Below, piece by piece: positions 38,522 through 48,019 of a stretch of 64,000 nucleotides of DNA. Positions within the stretch are counted from its first letter, which is position 1, and every line of letters begins with the position of its first letter. A program made the position numbers and the translations under genes. Source of the DNA: an uncultured Prevotellaceae bacterium (GTDB lineage: Bacteria > Bacteroidota > Bacteroidia > Bacteroidales > Bacteroidaceae); the NCBI GenBank assembly GCA_902799905.1, contig CADCCB010000002.1:36810-100809 (forward strand), written 5' to 3'. A model generated the notes under the pieces. The model had not been told where the DNA came from and made no database searches. It saw only the letters and a program-made list of their open reading frames with translations.

Positions 38522-41182
38522 TTAGTTGTTCTTCAGTTCCTCCAGTTCCTCTTCCCAGGTCTTGGCGGTCAGGCTGTTGTCGTAGAACAGCGGGCCATCG
38601 ATGAGGTGAACCACAGCGTCTGACGACGAATTGATCTTACGGCCGGTACCGTAGCCGCTGAGCCAGTACTCGCGACACATCAGGTTGTAGAGCCCGCCAT
38701 TGGTAATGACGTGGCGCTTCTGGGCCTTCTGGGCCTTCTCGTCAGTACCATAGCCGACGGTCAGGCTATTGTCATCGACATCGATCATCAGCGAGAAGAA
38801 CTTCTGGGTCTCAGGATTCAGTTTAGCCGTCTCATAGCGCACGGGCTGCTCGTCGGGAGGCGTGGCGCCAATGTAGATAGCATTATCCTGGATGTGGTAG
38901 CGCAGGAAGTTGAAGATACGGGTGCGGATGAGGGCACGGGCCTTGCGAGCCTTATCCTCGCTGCCCCAGATCTCCTCAGTCTGTGCATCATAGTCGTCCC
39001 ATGTAGGCAGGAACTTGTTATCGATCAGTTGCTGGATAGTAGATGCTTCGGGCACATAGACCGTATAGTTGTACTTCTCGAACAGACGGATATTCTTGTT
39101 CTGCATGTAGTTCGTACTGTGATACGTGCCTGAGGTATTGATCAGCAGGTTGTATTTCGTCGAGTCTTCATCATTACCGTCAAGCAGGTCGAGGAATGGC
39201 TTCATCTCAGGATACTCCTTCAGCGTCTCATAGACCGACTTCGAAGCACCCTCCAGGATACCGCCCTTCAGCAGATACGACTTACCGTTACCCGTGGTGC
39301 TCTGGTCATAGATGGTGCTTACCGTCAGGGGCTGTCCGTTCTCCAACTGGAAGCCACCGCTGGCAGTCATCACGTTTTCCACGCCGGCATTGGTGATCTT
39401 GACCATCGAACCGCCCTTGCTCTTATAATATTGGTGGCCATCCTCCACGTTGCCCACGATGATGAGTTGGTTGAGCATGTCCTCCAGACGGTTACGCACC
39501 ATGTCGGTGGCGGCCTCACCGATATACTGGTCCTTGGTGTATTCACCCGTCTCAGGATTCTTGATGACATAGTAGCGACGAGCCTTCACGCGCTGAGACG
39601 AACTGGCTGAAGAGTCGAAGTAGAACTGCCAGAGAATCTGCTTGGCCTCACCGAAGGATACGGGGTCGATGTAGTTCAGCATGGCCGAGTCGGTAGGCAA
39701 GAACAGGCTGTAGTAGGAGTCCATGGAGTTCAGGTAAGGACCGAACGACAGGGTCTCATCGTCGATAGCCCAGTAGATGATACTCATAATATCATTGTGG
39801 ATCAGGGCTGGGAACGACACACTACTGTAGGCACGGGGTGCAAACACACGGTTGGTCATGTAGACCACACCATTGCAGCCCATGTAGCAGGACGTGATGT
39901 CTGCAGGCTTAATGCCCAGTTCCATTTTGGCATCGTCGAGCACAGAGGCGAATTTCGAGGGTACTGACTCGACAAACGAGGTGAGCATGTTCACATTGAG
40001 CAGTTTAGAGAGCACCAGATCGGGGATAGAGTCCCACTCGTGGTATTTCTCCTGCAGCACCTTACCGTCGTGGTCCCAGTAGTGGCTAAGGGCCTCGTTG
40101 CTGGGCACAATCATCACGGCGGCATCAGGGCCGATACCGTTGATCGATGAAGAACCGTAGTTATAGTAGGTGTTCCACCCTGGGTCGAACTTCAGCGTGG
40201 CATCCACGGCCTGGGGCTCCACGTTCTGGTCGCCGGGTGTGTACTCATTCTTACCACGCGGTGTGATGTCGGCAAAGTAGCGCAGTTCGAACAGGGAGTC
40301 AATACCCAGGTCGGCATCAGAACCAATCCAGTAGGGAGCCGAGAAGCGGTCGAGCAGATGCGACCACATTGACATGTCCTTATGATTGCGGATGATGTCG
40401 GCCATGTTGGATGGCGACTCGATGACACCACCCACCTTCTGTACGTAACCGTTCTTACAGGTGATGTCGCTCTCCATCACCTTCATGCCGTTCACCCACG
40501 AGTCTTCAATAGACTTCGACACGCCGTTGGTCAGGATCTCCAAGTCAGAGTCGGTGATCTTGTTCGTACGCATGAAGGCGGGCAGGAAATGAATCATGGG
40601 TGCTGGCGTATTGTCGCGCAGGATGTGGATGCCACCCTTACGCTCGCGCACATAGTCCCACGACAATGTGCCAGGCATCTTGTCTGCCGTCAGCACGGTG
40701 ATGGAGTCGCTGACCTCTGTGGCTGTGGCTCTACGCATACACATACCTGTCAGCGGACGGCTGCCTGAGACAGGCAGGTTCGACAACAACTCGATGAGAT
40801 AGGCATTGTCGATCATCGCATTCTTCACCAGCAGTTTGCGCTGTGCCTCACTCAAGTCCTCATACTTGGTGACACCCCAGTCGTTGTTCTTAAACCACTC
40901 GTTGAACGCGTCATCGTCGGCCACGAACAGGGTCTTCGAACCGGTGCGGCTGAGTGTCTCCGCCAGTTTCATCTCTTTCTGGTCGTCAATCAGACGAAGC
41001 ATCGTGGTATAGTTACCGTCTTCCTGCAGGCGCTCATAGATAGAGTTGCCCAGCCAATCAGGCTGTCCGGTGAGGATCACATCGTCGTCCTTACAAGACT
41101 GCAATGCGCTGGCTCCTATCAGCAGTCCACAGACGGCCCATGCCATTCTTCGTCCTTGCTTCAAGATTGTTTTACAGTTCAT
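38522..41182 (-). CDS. Multi-fasciclin domain lipoprotein
   Basis: Lipobox LQSC, TLFVADDDAF, KNGYVQKVGGVI, CNGVVYMTNRVF, VVHLIDGPL. Confidence 0.85.
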   Translation of the reverse strand: MNCKTILKQGRRMAWAVCGLLIGASALQSCKDDDVILTGQPDWLGNSIYERLQEDGNYTTMLRLIDDQKEMKLAETLSRTGSKTLFVADDDAFNEWFKNNDWGVTKYEDLSEAQRKLLVKNAMIDNAYLIELLSNLPVSGSRPLTGMCMRRATATEVSDSITVLTADKMPGTLSWDYVRERKGGIHILRDNTPAPMIHFLPAFMRTNKITDSDLEILTNGVSKSIEDSWVNGMKVMESDITCKNGYVQKVGGVIESPSNMADIIRNHKDMSMWSHLLDRFSAPYWIGSDADLGIDSLFELRYFADITPRGKNEYTPGDQNVEPQAVDATLKFDPGWNTYYNYGSSSINGIGPDAAVMIVPSNEALSHYWDHDGKVLQEKYHEWDSIPDLVLSKLLNVNMLTSFVESVPSKFASVLDDAKMELGIKPADITSCYMGCNGVVYMTNRVFAPRAYSSVSFPALIHNDIMSIIYWAIDDETLSFGPYLNSMDSYYSLFLPTDSAMLNYIDPVSFGEAKQILWQFYFDSSASSSQRVKARRYYVIKNPETGEYTKDQYIGEAATDMVRNRLEDMLNQLIIVGNVEDGHQYYKSKGGSMVKITNAGVENVMTASGGFQLENGQPLTVSTIYDQSTTGNGKSYLLKGGILEGASKSVYETLKEYPEMKPFLDLLDGNDEDSTKYNLLINTSGTYHSTNYMQNKNIRLFEKYNYTVYVPEASTIQQLIDNKFLPTWDDYDAQTEEIWGSEDKARKARALIRTRIFNFLRYHIQDNAIYIGATPPDEQPVRYETAKLNPETQKFFSLMIDVDDNSLTVGYGTDEKAQKAQKRHVITNGGLYNLMCREYWLSGYGTGRKINSSSDAVVHLIDGPLFYDNSLTAKTWEEELEELKNN

Positions 41183-41320
41183 AGTTTTGTTAGTTATTGT
41201 TATTAAATTTAAAGTTCGCGTGCGTACTTATATTAATATGGTGTCGGCTCACGGAGAGCCTGAGTGTTTTCATCTTTAGTGGCCACTACCCTATGCTGGG
41301 GCCTGCGGCAATAAAAATCA

Positions 41321-41362
41321 AAGGGGTCGGAGAGCGGCCTTTTTGGCCGTCTCCGATCCCTT
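41321..41362 (-). terminator. Intrinsic terminator between the large secreted protein gene and the fasciclin-susCD genes
   Basis: Long GC stem (GGGGTCGGAGAGCGGCC / GGCCGTCTCCGATCCC) followed on the minus strand by TTTGATTTTT. Confidence 0.7.
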
Positions 41363-41413
41363 CTATGATAGTGTCTTTATGATAAAAATCATTTCTTACT
41401 GTTACGAGATTCC

Positions 41414-44400
41414 TTACTTGCGGATCTTCTTCACGATGATGCTACCGTTGTCGAGCGTCTGCTTCATGATGATCAGACCCTTCTGGGCAGCACCAGCCTT
41501 GCGACCGTCGAGTGTGAAGAACTCAACCTTCACCGTCTCGCCCTGACCATCCAGCGTGCGGATAGCAGTCACGTTGTCGCCAGTAGCCGACTTGGCACTG
41601 TTCTTGCCGTAGTAGGTCATTGTCCAGTTATCGAAGATAGTCCAGTCGTTCTCAAGGAGCGTGGTCTTCAAGAGACCAATGCGCATGGTCTCGCCCTCAG
41701 CCAGTTTCACAATCACCTTGTTGTCAGCGAAATAGCCGTTCATGAACTGGTCATTAGCAGTACTCATCGTATTGGGCACGAAGGTGCGGAGATAAGACTC
41801 AGGATCAGTATCCTTAATCGTATCGGTATGGGCTACAGCATATCCCTCCTTAGACTCTTCAACAGACTGAACAAAACCTTCAGCAATATAGGCTTCATTC
41901 TTAGTAATAGAAGCCAGACGCTGAATGGCCTTGGCATTCATCACAGAGTCTGTACCGTTGATAGCAGCAGCATAGAGGAATGCGTGAGAAGTATGAATCG
42001 AGTCAAGTTTGTCGTAGTCGTTTACGGCACTACCCGAACGATAGAATGCCTGAACACTCACCTCATAGGTACCTGCGGGCAGACCAGAGAACTCCTGATA
42101 GTAGTTGAAGTTCTTGTTGAACAGTTCAGCAATTGCACCCTGGTCACCACCGTAAGCGGCTTCATCTCCAGACCAACCGCTGACACCCTCATCATAAGTA
42201 GGATTATTGATGACACTGGTCATATCAACGGGGGTAGCGTCGCTAGCAGCATCTATCACATCTTGATTAGGCAAGCGCAATCTGCTGATCACGCCGTTGA
42301 TTAAAGTAATGTAAAAGTTGACTGCATCCTCGGCAATCGTGTGGTTGGCAATGCCATTGGTTATATCATCGTTCAAGGTACTGGCATCAGCCAAAGCAGA
42401 GGTACGGCCAGCCTCTTTGGCTACCTCAATCTCGTTAGCCAGATTCTTGTTGGCTTTCTCCAACTCAGCAAATACGAGTTTAGACGCATTCACCTTTGCA
42501 TCAATCTCATAGAGATCGCTCAGGCAGTTGAACATTACCTTACCAACGCCCGCAGTAATTGAAGCCTCGGCATCGGAAATAGCGGTAACCAGACGATTAT
42601 AGAGAGCCTGGTCCATAGCAAGGAGTTTGGTCTCTTTTGCCTTTTCAATCTGCTCTTCCAGTACGGGCTTGATGACAGCAGCCTGGAAGCCCTTCCATGT
42701 CAACTTGAAGTTATCGAAGATCACCCAGTTGTCATCCTCGCCGTCAAGACCAGCAGACGTACCCTTTACACCAATGCGCATGGCATCGCCTTCCTTGGCC
42801 ACCAGACCGTATGCCTTTTGAGTGTACATACCAGCCGAGAAGGCAACAGCAGAAGATTTCATTCCGTCGGGGAATTCAAATCCATCCTTCACGTACACCT
42901 CAGAACCGCTATCCACGCTCTTATAATAGCCTTCCTCTACCGGCTCAGAGAACACATTCACAAATGGTGTCTGAGCATCGTTCAGATAGACATAGACGGG
43001 GAACTTGCCCGGCTGAGAATAATAGGTCTGATTCTGGTAGTTGTTCCAAGCATTGTCGCCACGGCCATTGCGGCAGAAACCCTGCACGGAAATCTCGTAC
43101 ACACCAACAGGAGCGTTCTCTACAACCTGATAGAGGTCGAAGTCTGTAGTAGAGAAGGCCTCGGCACACTTGTTTGTGGAAGTACCACCATCAGTAGGCA
43201 TCTGGAAAGAAGTCTTACCGTTACCCCACTTGATCTGATAAGCGCTCTTGAAGCCAGTCCATCCGTATGTAGCACCACGTGCATCGTCGAAGTCGGGGTT
43301 CGTCAGCAGGTTGGTAGCGTCAGTCTCGCTGATGGGGTGCTTCTTGGCCTCTTCAATCTCAGCCTTCTTCTGTGCGATCAAGGCTTCCAGTTCTGCATTC
43401 AACAATGCGCGCTCTCTCAAAATATCAGGAGCATCTACATAAGCCCAGTCTGCCAAGTCACCAGAATATTCGGGATCCAAGGCATCATTGGAGCCAACTG
43501 CATCAGCCTCAGTAACGATATTCTGGAACTCTTTCCAGAGAGCAATGTTATGTTCGACACTGTCAATGGCATTATTTATAATCTCTTCACAAGCCAACAC
43601 CTGTTCCTTATTGGAAGCCTGTGTAAATTCCATGACAGAGTTAATTCCTTCCAGGTAAATATTTGAACAGAAAGCACCTGAATAATCCTTGACGCCCTTC
43701 TTGAACTCAGACAACCACTTACCATAGGCTGCCTCTTCATTGCCATAATAAGTCAGGCTGAAGTTATCGAATACCGTCCAGTCGTTAGTAACAGCCACAT
43801 CCTTCCTGATACCGATACGGGCTGTGTCACCCTCAACAGCAAAGAACACTCTGGTCTTGTAATAGCCCTTCTCAAAATACAGACGGCCTGCAGAGGGGTC
43901 ATTAGGAATATAATAGGTGGTGCCATCAACTGTCTCGCTTAACTCACTAGCAGTAACGCCCCATTCTGTAGAACCTGCCATCGGCTCGGTATTCTGAGCC
44001 TCCCAAGGATTCTGGACAGCAGCGGTAAGCGTGTCATTTTCTTGACGGGCATAGATAAATGCATTACGATTGGTACCCTTCTGGTAGTCAGAGAAAGAAC
44101 CACGATAGAAAGCGGTAACACCCAGTTCGTAGACACCCTTAGGCAGGGCTTCCAGTGTCTGATAGGTATCGAAAGTCTTGTTGTAGTGCTCAGCCACGTT
44201 GGCAGGACCATGAGCACCAGAACCCACCATATTAGGACCTGTACCAAGCCAGCCGTCGCTGCTTGCATTCTCAAATGTAGGATTGGTAATGAAAGCAGTA
44301 GCAGACTTGGGACTATCAGCCGTAGCACCATTGAGAGAGTTCTTACGGGCAAATTCCAAGTCATTGACAGCCTGGACCATCTGATCGAGGGTTGATTCCA

Positions 44401-45115
44401 CATTGTTGTAGACATTTGCTGCAGCAGTAACATCAACACCTTCTGCTTCTGCAGCCTCAATGACCAACTTCAACTCCTGAGATTTGTCAAAGATGTCCTT
44501 TGCTACACCATACTCATTCCACTCAGGAACAGTATAGAACTCCCAATCAATCCAACCAGAAGCGAGGAATGGAGACAATGCACTACCAGCAGCGGCAGCC
44601 TCAGCCACACCTACGAAACCGGGGTTGTTCGTGGGATTGAGAGTGGGGTTAGAGGGCGAAGCCTGCAAACGATAGGTATTAGGCTCGCCACCTTCAACAA
44701 TCTGCCAGTAATAGTTGGCCTGACTACCGCGGTCAACGAACATTGCCGTTGCACTATCAAAGAACACAAGTTTCCATGCACCTTTTGCAGCAGAGTAGTC
44801 ATTAAACAGAAGGGTTGCATCTTCCAAAGTCTTTCCTGCAGGAAGCGTGAAGCGAGCCAGGTTCGGTGTGTCACTGAGGGATGCCTGGGTTCCCCAAGCA
44901 TTACCTTCACCAAAATACTGCTGGGCACCCTTGTTGAAGATAACATAATAATTACCCACAACAAATGTCGCCGGAGTCTTGTCAAGAGACGCCACATCGA
45001 CTGTGGTGGTGGCAGGAGCCTCTGGTGCTGTGCGCTCAATGAGCTCAACAGCAGCCTGTGCACCAAGTCCGAAGAGACTCAGCACACTCAAAACAAGTAG
45101 TTTTGAAAATTTCAT
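41414..45115 (-). CDS. Large secreted protein with three internal beta-sandwich (CBM-like) repeats and a Prevotella-type C-terminal tail
   Basis: Sec signal peptide; repeats start at ITNPTF, LTNPDF and INNPTY and end W..FDN..(L/M)T(Y/W).G; C-terminus FFTLDGRK...KGLIIMK...KKIRK. Confidence 0.8.
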   Translation of the reverse strand: MKFSKLLVLSVLSLFGLGAQAAVELIERTAPEAPATTTVDVASLDKTPATFVVGNYYVIFNKGAQQYFGEGNAWGTQASLSDTPNLARFTLPAGKTLEDATLLFNDYSAAKGAWKLVFFDSATAMFVDRGSQANYYWQIVEGGEPNTYRLQASPSNPTLNPTNNPGFVGVAEAAAAGSALSPFLASGWIDWEFYTVPEWNEYGVAKDIFDKSQELKLVIEAAEAEGVDVTAAANVYNNVESTLDQMVQAVNDLEFARKNSLNGATADSPKSATAFITNPTFENASSDGWLGTGPNMVGSGAHGPANVAEHYNKTFDTYQTLEALPKGVYELGVTAFYRGSFSDYQKGTNRNAFIYARQENDTLTAAVQNPWEAQNTEPMAGSTEWGVTASELSETVDGTTYYIPNDPSAGRLYFEKGYYKTRVFFAVEGDTARIGIRKDVAVTNDWTVFDNFSLTYYGNEEAAYGKWLSEFKKGVKDYSGAFCSNIYLEGINSVMEFTQASNKEQVLACEEIINNAIDSVEHNIALWKEFQNIVTEADAVGSNDALDPEYSGDLADWAYVDAPDILRERALLNAELEALIAQKKAEIEEAKKHPISETDATNLLTNPDFDDARGATYGWTGFKSAYQIKWGNGKTSFQMPTDGGTSTNKCAEAFSTTDFDLYQVVENAPVGVYEISVQGFCRNGRGDNAWNNYQNQTYYSQPGKFPVYVYLNDAQTPFVNVFSEPVEEGYYKSVDSGSEVYVKDGFEFPDGMKSSAVAFSAGMYTQKAYGLVAKEGDAMRIGVKGTSAGLDGEDDNWVIFDNFKLTWKGFQAAVIKPVLEEQIEKAKETKLLAMDQALYNRLVTAISDAEASITAGVGKVMFNCLSDLYEIDAKVNASKLVFAELEKANKNLANEIEVAKEAGRTSALADASTLNDDITNGIANHTIAEDAVNFYITLINGVISRLRLPNQDVIDAASDATPVDMTSVINNPTYDEGVSGWSGDEAAYGGDQGAIAELFNKNFNYYQEFSGLPAGTYEVSVQAFYRSGSAVNDYDKLDSIHTSHAFLYAAAINGTDSVMNAKAIQRLASITKNEAYIAEGFVQSVEESKEGYAVAHTDTIKDTDPESYLRTFVPNTMSTANDQFMNGYFADNKVIVKLAEGETMRIGLLKTTLLENDWTIFDNWTMTYYGKNSAKSATGDNVTAIRTLDGQGETVKVEFFTLDGRKAGAAQKGLIIMKQTLDNGSIIVKKIRK

Positions 45116-45212
45116 AAGCGTAATAATTAAAGTTAGTAAATATATACAGAGTTAGTCTCTTTTTCCCAGTTAGCGTTACTTAGGTTCATAGCCACCAAGG
45201 GCTATTCGGTTG

Positions 45213-45220
45213 CAAAGGTA
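45213..45220 (-). promoter_or_regulatory. -7 promoter element for the susCD/fasciclin locus
   Basis: CAAAGGTA on the plus strand = TACCTTTG on the minus strand. Confidence 0.7.
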
Positions 45221-45400
45221 AGCAAAATTTTAATAACCCGTATCAAAAATTCGAGTTTTTTTCACTTTTAACTATAAAAAAGTGTTTCTTTGACACTTAG
45301 CCCGCCTTTTCATCCCTGCTTTTCGTGAAATTCTAACGACCTTTGAGCGATAACTCTGAAAAAAACATTCATTTTATTTGGAGTTTGAGATTTTTTTTAT

Positions 45401-45408
45401 TACCTTTG
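45401..45408 (+). promoter_or_regulatory. Orphan -7 promoter element pointing into a non-coding repeat block
   Basis: TACCTTTGCA with no downstream CDS before tRNA-Gln. Confidence 0.5.
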
Positions 45409-45448
45409 CAATGTGATTACTGCACACCATGATGCAAGGGAGGAACAG

Positions 45449-45558
45449 GTAACACATGTAACAGATAAATTCACAAAATAGCCTCCCGCGTACCGTGCGC
45501 GCGTGTACGCGTGAAGGATTTTTCTAAAAACATCTGTTACATCTGTTACATCTGTTAC
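45449..45558. repeat. Nonamer inverted repeats (GTAACASAT x2 / ATCTGTTAC x3) around a GC palindrome
   Basis: 45449-45466 and 45532-45558; CGCGTAC..GTACGCG at 45487-45511. Confidence 0.85.
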
Positions 45559-45559
45559 A

Positions 45560-45667
45560 GTAAGAGATGCCTCTTTAGGGGGTAAAGTATGCTACTTTAG
45601 GAGGTAAGGAATGCTAGTTTACCCCTGTAAAGTGCCATTCCTTACTGTCGAAACAAGCATTCCTTAC
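45560..45667. repeat. Array of ~19-bp imperfect palindromes (GTAARG-N7-CTTTAS-like) at ~22-bp period
   Basis: Units start at 45560, 45582, 45604, 45627 and 45649. Confidence 0.75.
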
Positions 45668-45827
45668 TGCCGTAGAAGGCATCGGAACGACCGTTAAAGA
45701 TATATAGTTACCAACGCACCTGCGACTTTGCAATGTCTGGATAGCAAAACGCATGGTATGACAACAACAATCCCGAACCAACAAGTGATTCGGGATTAAC
45801 TGTTTTGAGTGTTCAGAAATTTGGTTG

Positions 45828-45898
45828 TTGGACGACTCGGATTCGAACCGGGAATGACAGAACCAAAACCTGTAGTGTTACCATTACACCATCGTCCA
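45828..45898 (-). tRNA. tRNA-Gln(TTG)
   Basis: Acceptor TGGACGA/TCGTCCA, anticodon arm ACAGG-TTTTGGT-TCTGT, GTTCGAATC. Confidence 0.93.
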
Positions 45899-45985
45899 AT
45901 CATTGCTTTGCAGCGGAACGCTTCAAAATTCGGCTGCAAAGGTAGGAAAAATTTGGCAGTCCACCAAATTTTTCCTGCTCTTTCT

Positions 45986-47281
45986 TTATTTGACGGTTAT
46001 CAAATAGTAGTTCTTCTTACCCTTCTGGGCCAGCAGATACTTACCATCGATGAGGTCGTCGGCCGTGACGGCACGGTTCTGATCGGCCAGTTTCTCCTTG
46101 TTCAGGCTGACTCCCCCACCCTGCACCATCTTGCGCATCTCACCCTTTGAGGGGAAGACGGGAGCCACGGTGGTGAACAGTTCGATAGCAGGCTGACCGA
46201 GTTGGTCGCGAGAAATCTCGTATTTCTCCACACCATCAAACACATCGAGGAAGGTCTGCTCGTCGAGTTTCTCAAGAGCCTCCTTGGTGGCCTTACCGAA
46301 GAGGATATTGGAGGCTTCGATAGCCATATCGAGGGCTTCGCGCGAGTGTACCATAATCGTCACCTCTTCGGCCAGACGCTTCTGCAGCACACGGCGGCCT
46401 GGATCCTGGCGGTGCTCCTCAATGAGGGCATCGATGGTCTCCTTCTCCAAAGAAGTGAAAATCTTGATGTAACGCTCGGCATCGTCGTCAGAGACATTGA
46501 GCCAGAACTGATAGAAGCGGTAGGGCGTGGTGCGCTTGGGGTCGAGCCAGATATTGCCGCTCTCAGTCTTGCCGAACTTCTTGCCGTCGCTCTTGGTGAT
46601 GAGCGGACAGGTGAGGGCGAAGGTCTCCACATCGTTGCCCAGGGTGCGGCGGATGAGTTCCGTACCAGTGGTCATGTTGCCCCACTGGTCGTTGCCGCCC
46701 AACTGCAGTTTCACACCCTTGTGCTGGTAGAGGTAGAGGAAGTCGTAGCCCTGCAGCAACTGATAGGTGAACTCGGTGAAGGAGAGACCGTCGCGGGCCG
46801 TTCCGTTCAGGCGCTGCTGCACGCTCTCCTTGGCCATCATGTAGTTGACGGTGATGTGCTTACCCACCTCGCGGGCAAAGTCGAGGAACGTAAAATCCTT
46901 CATCCAGTCATAGTTGTTCACCATCTCGGCAGCATTGGCTTCCTTGCTCTCAAAGTCCAGGAACTTAGCCACCTGGGCCTTGATGCACTCCTGGTTGTGA
47001 CGCAGGGTCTCATCGTTCAGCAGGTTGCGCTCCTGGCTCTTGCCAGAGGGGTCGCCAATCATGCCCGTGGCACCACCAACGAGGATGATGGGCTTGTGGC
47101 CGCAACGCTGCAGATGACGCAGCATCATGATGCCACACAAGTGACCGATGTGCAGCGAGTCAGCCGTCGGGTCGGTACCCAGATAGGCTGTCACCATCTC
47201 CTTCTGCAGGAGTTCTTCCGTGCCTGGCATGATCTGTGCCAGCATTCCGCGCCAGCGGAGTTCTTCAACAAAGTTTTTCAT
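45986..47281 (-). CDS. tyrS: Tyrosine--tRNA ligase
   Basis: [27 protein letters not shown]-terminal S4 domain. Confidence 0.97.
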   Translation of the reverse strand: MKNFVEELRWRGMLAQIMPGTEELLQKEMVTAYLGTDPTADSLHIGHLCGIMMLRHLQRCGHKPIILVGGATGMIGDPSGKSQERNLLNDETLRHNQECIKAQVAKFLDFESKEANAAEMVNNYDWMKDFTFLDFAREVGKHITVNYMMAKESVQQRLNGTARDGLSFTEFTYQLLQGYDFLYLYQHKGVKLQLGGNDQWGNMTTGTELIRRTLGNDVETFALTCPLITKSDGKKFGKTESGNIWLDPKRTTPYRFYQFWLNVSDDDAERYIKIFTSLEKETIDALIEEHRQDPGRRVLQKRLAEEVTIMVHSREALDMAIEASNILFGKATKEALEKLDEQTFLDVFDGVEKYEISRDQLGQPAIELFTTVAPVFPSKGEMRKMVQGGGVSLNKEKLADQNRAVTADDLIDGKYLLAQKGKKNYYLITVK

Positions 47282-47289
47282 ATTTCGTT

Positions 47290-47380
47290 TTTTTTCGATT
47301 TTTCGTTTAATCGATTAATCGGTTAATCGTTTTTTCGACCTTTTTCGAGATATCGAGATCTCGATGTATCGATATTTCGA
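47290..47380. repeat. Octamer-phased TCG tract
   Basis: CG at 47296, 304, 312, 320, 328, 336, then 346, 354, 362, 370, 378. Confidence 0.8.
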
Positions 47381-47408
47381 CTCTCATGCCCTTTCGGACT
47401 AGCCATTC

Positions 47409-47651
47409 CTACGGCACCGGATCGTAGCCGGAGCCACCCCAGGGGTTGCATCGCAGAATGCGCCAGATGGCCAGCCCCAGACCCCGGATGGGACCGTGCT
47501 TGATGATGGCCTCCTTGGCATACTGCGAGCAGGTGGGCGTGAAACGGCAGACCGGCGGCGTGAACGGGCTGATGCATCGCTGGTAGAAGATGATGGGGGT
47601 CAGCAGTATCCACTTCAGGATGACGGTGATGAAATGCCAGATGCGCCTCAT
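47409..47651 (-). CDS. yidD: Membrane protein insertion efficiency factor YidD
   Basis: [37 protein letters not shown]. Confidence 0.95.
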   Translation of the reverse strand: MRRIWHFITVILKWILLTPIIFYQRCISPFTPPVCRFTPTCSQYAKEAIIKHGPIRGLGLAIWRILRCNPWGGSGYDPVP

Positions 47652-48019
47652 AACTTCCGCACTATTCGCTCCAGCAGGCTCTTCATGCGGCTGTCTACCT
47701 CAGCCGACGGCAGACATCTGTCTGTCTGCCAAATGAAGGCGAGGGCCAGCGACTGATCCTCTGGGAGCAAATCCTTCTGGTGGCGATAGGCTTCACGCAA
47801 CTGCCGCTTCACGCGATTGCGGTCGACGGCATGGTGGAGATGACGCTTGGGAACGCTGACGAGTATCTGCGTCGGCGTCTCAGCGTTGGGAATGTTCCGC
47901 TTCATATAGACGACTCTCAGGGGGAAGGCTGACAGCGAGCGGCTGCCTGATCCGCCAAAGAGTTGGTCAATCAGTTTTTGGCTGACGATACGCTCCTGCT
48001 TTCCGAACTTATTCTTCAT
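47648..48019 (-). CDS. rnpA: Ribonuclease P protein component
   Basis: [26 protein letters not shown]. Confidence 0.93.
   Translation of the reverse strand: MKNKFGKQERIVSQKLIDQLFGGSGSRSLSAFPLRVVYMKRNIPNAETPTQILVSVPKRHLHHAVDRNRVKRQLREAYRHQKDLLPEDQSLALAFIWQTDRCLPSAEVDSRMKSLLERIVRKL

Noticed and set aside
45421-45830. att duplication of the tRNA-Gln 3' end
   Set aside because: No second copy of the tRNA-Gln 3' end was found in the adjacent sequence, so an integrated island here is not supported.
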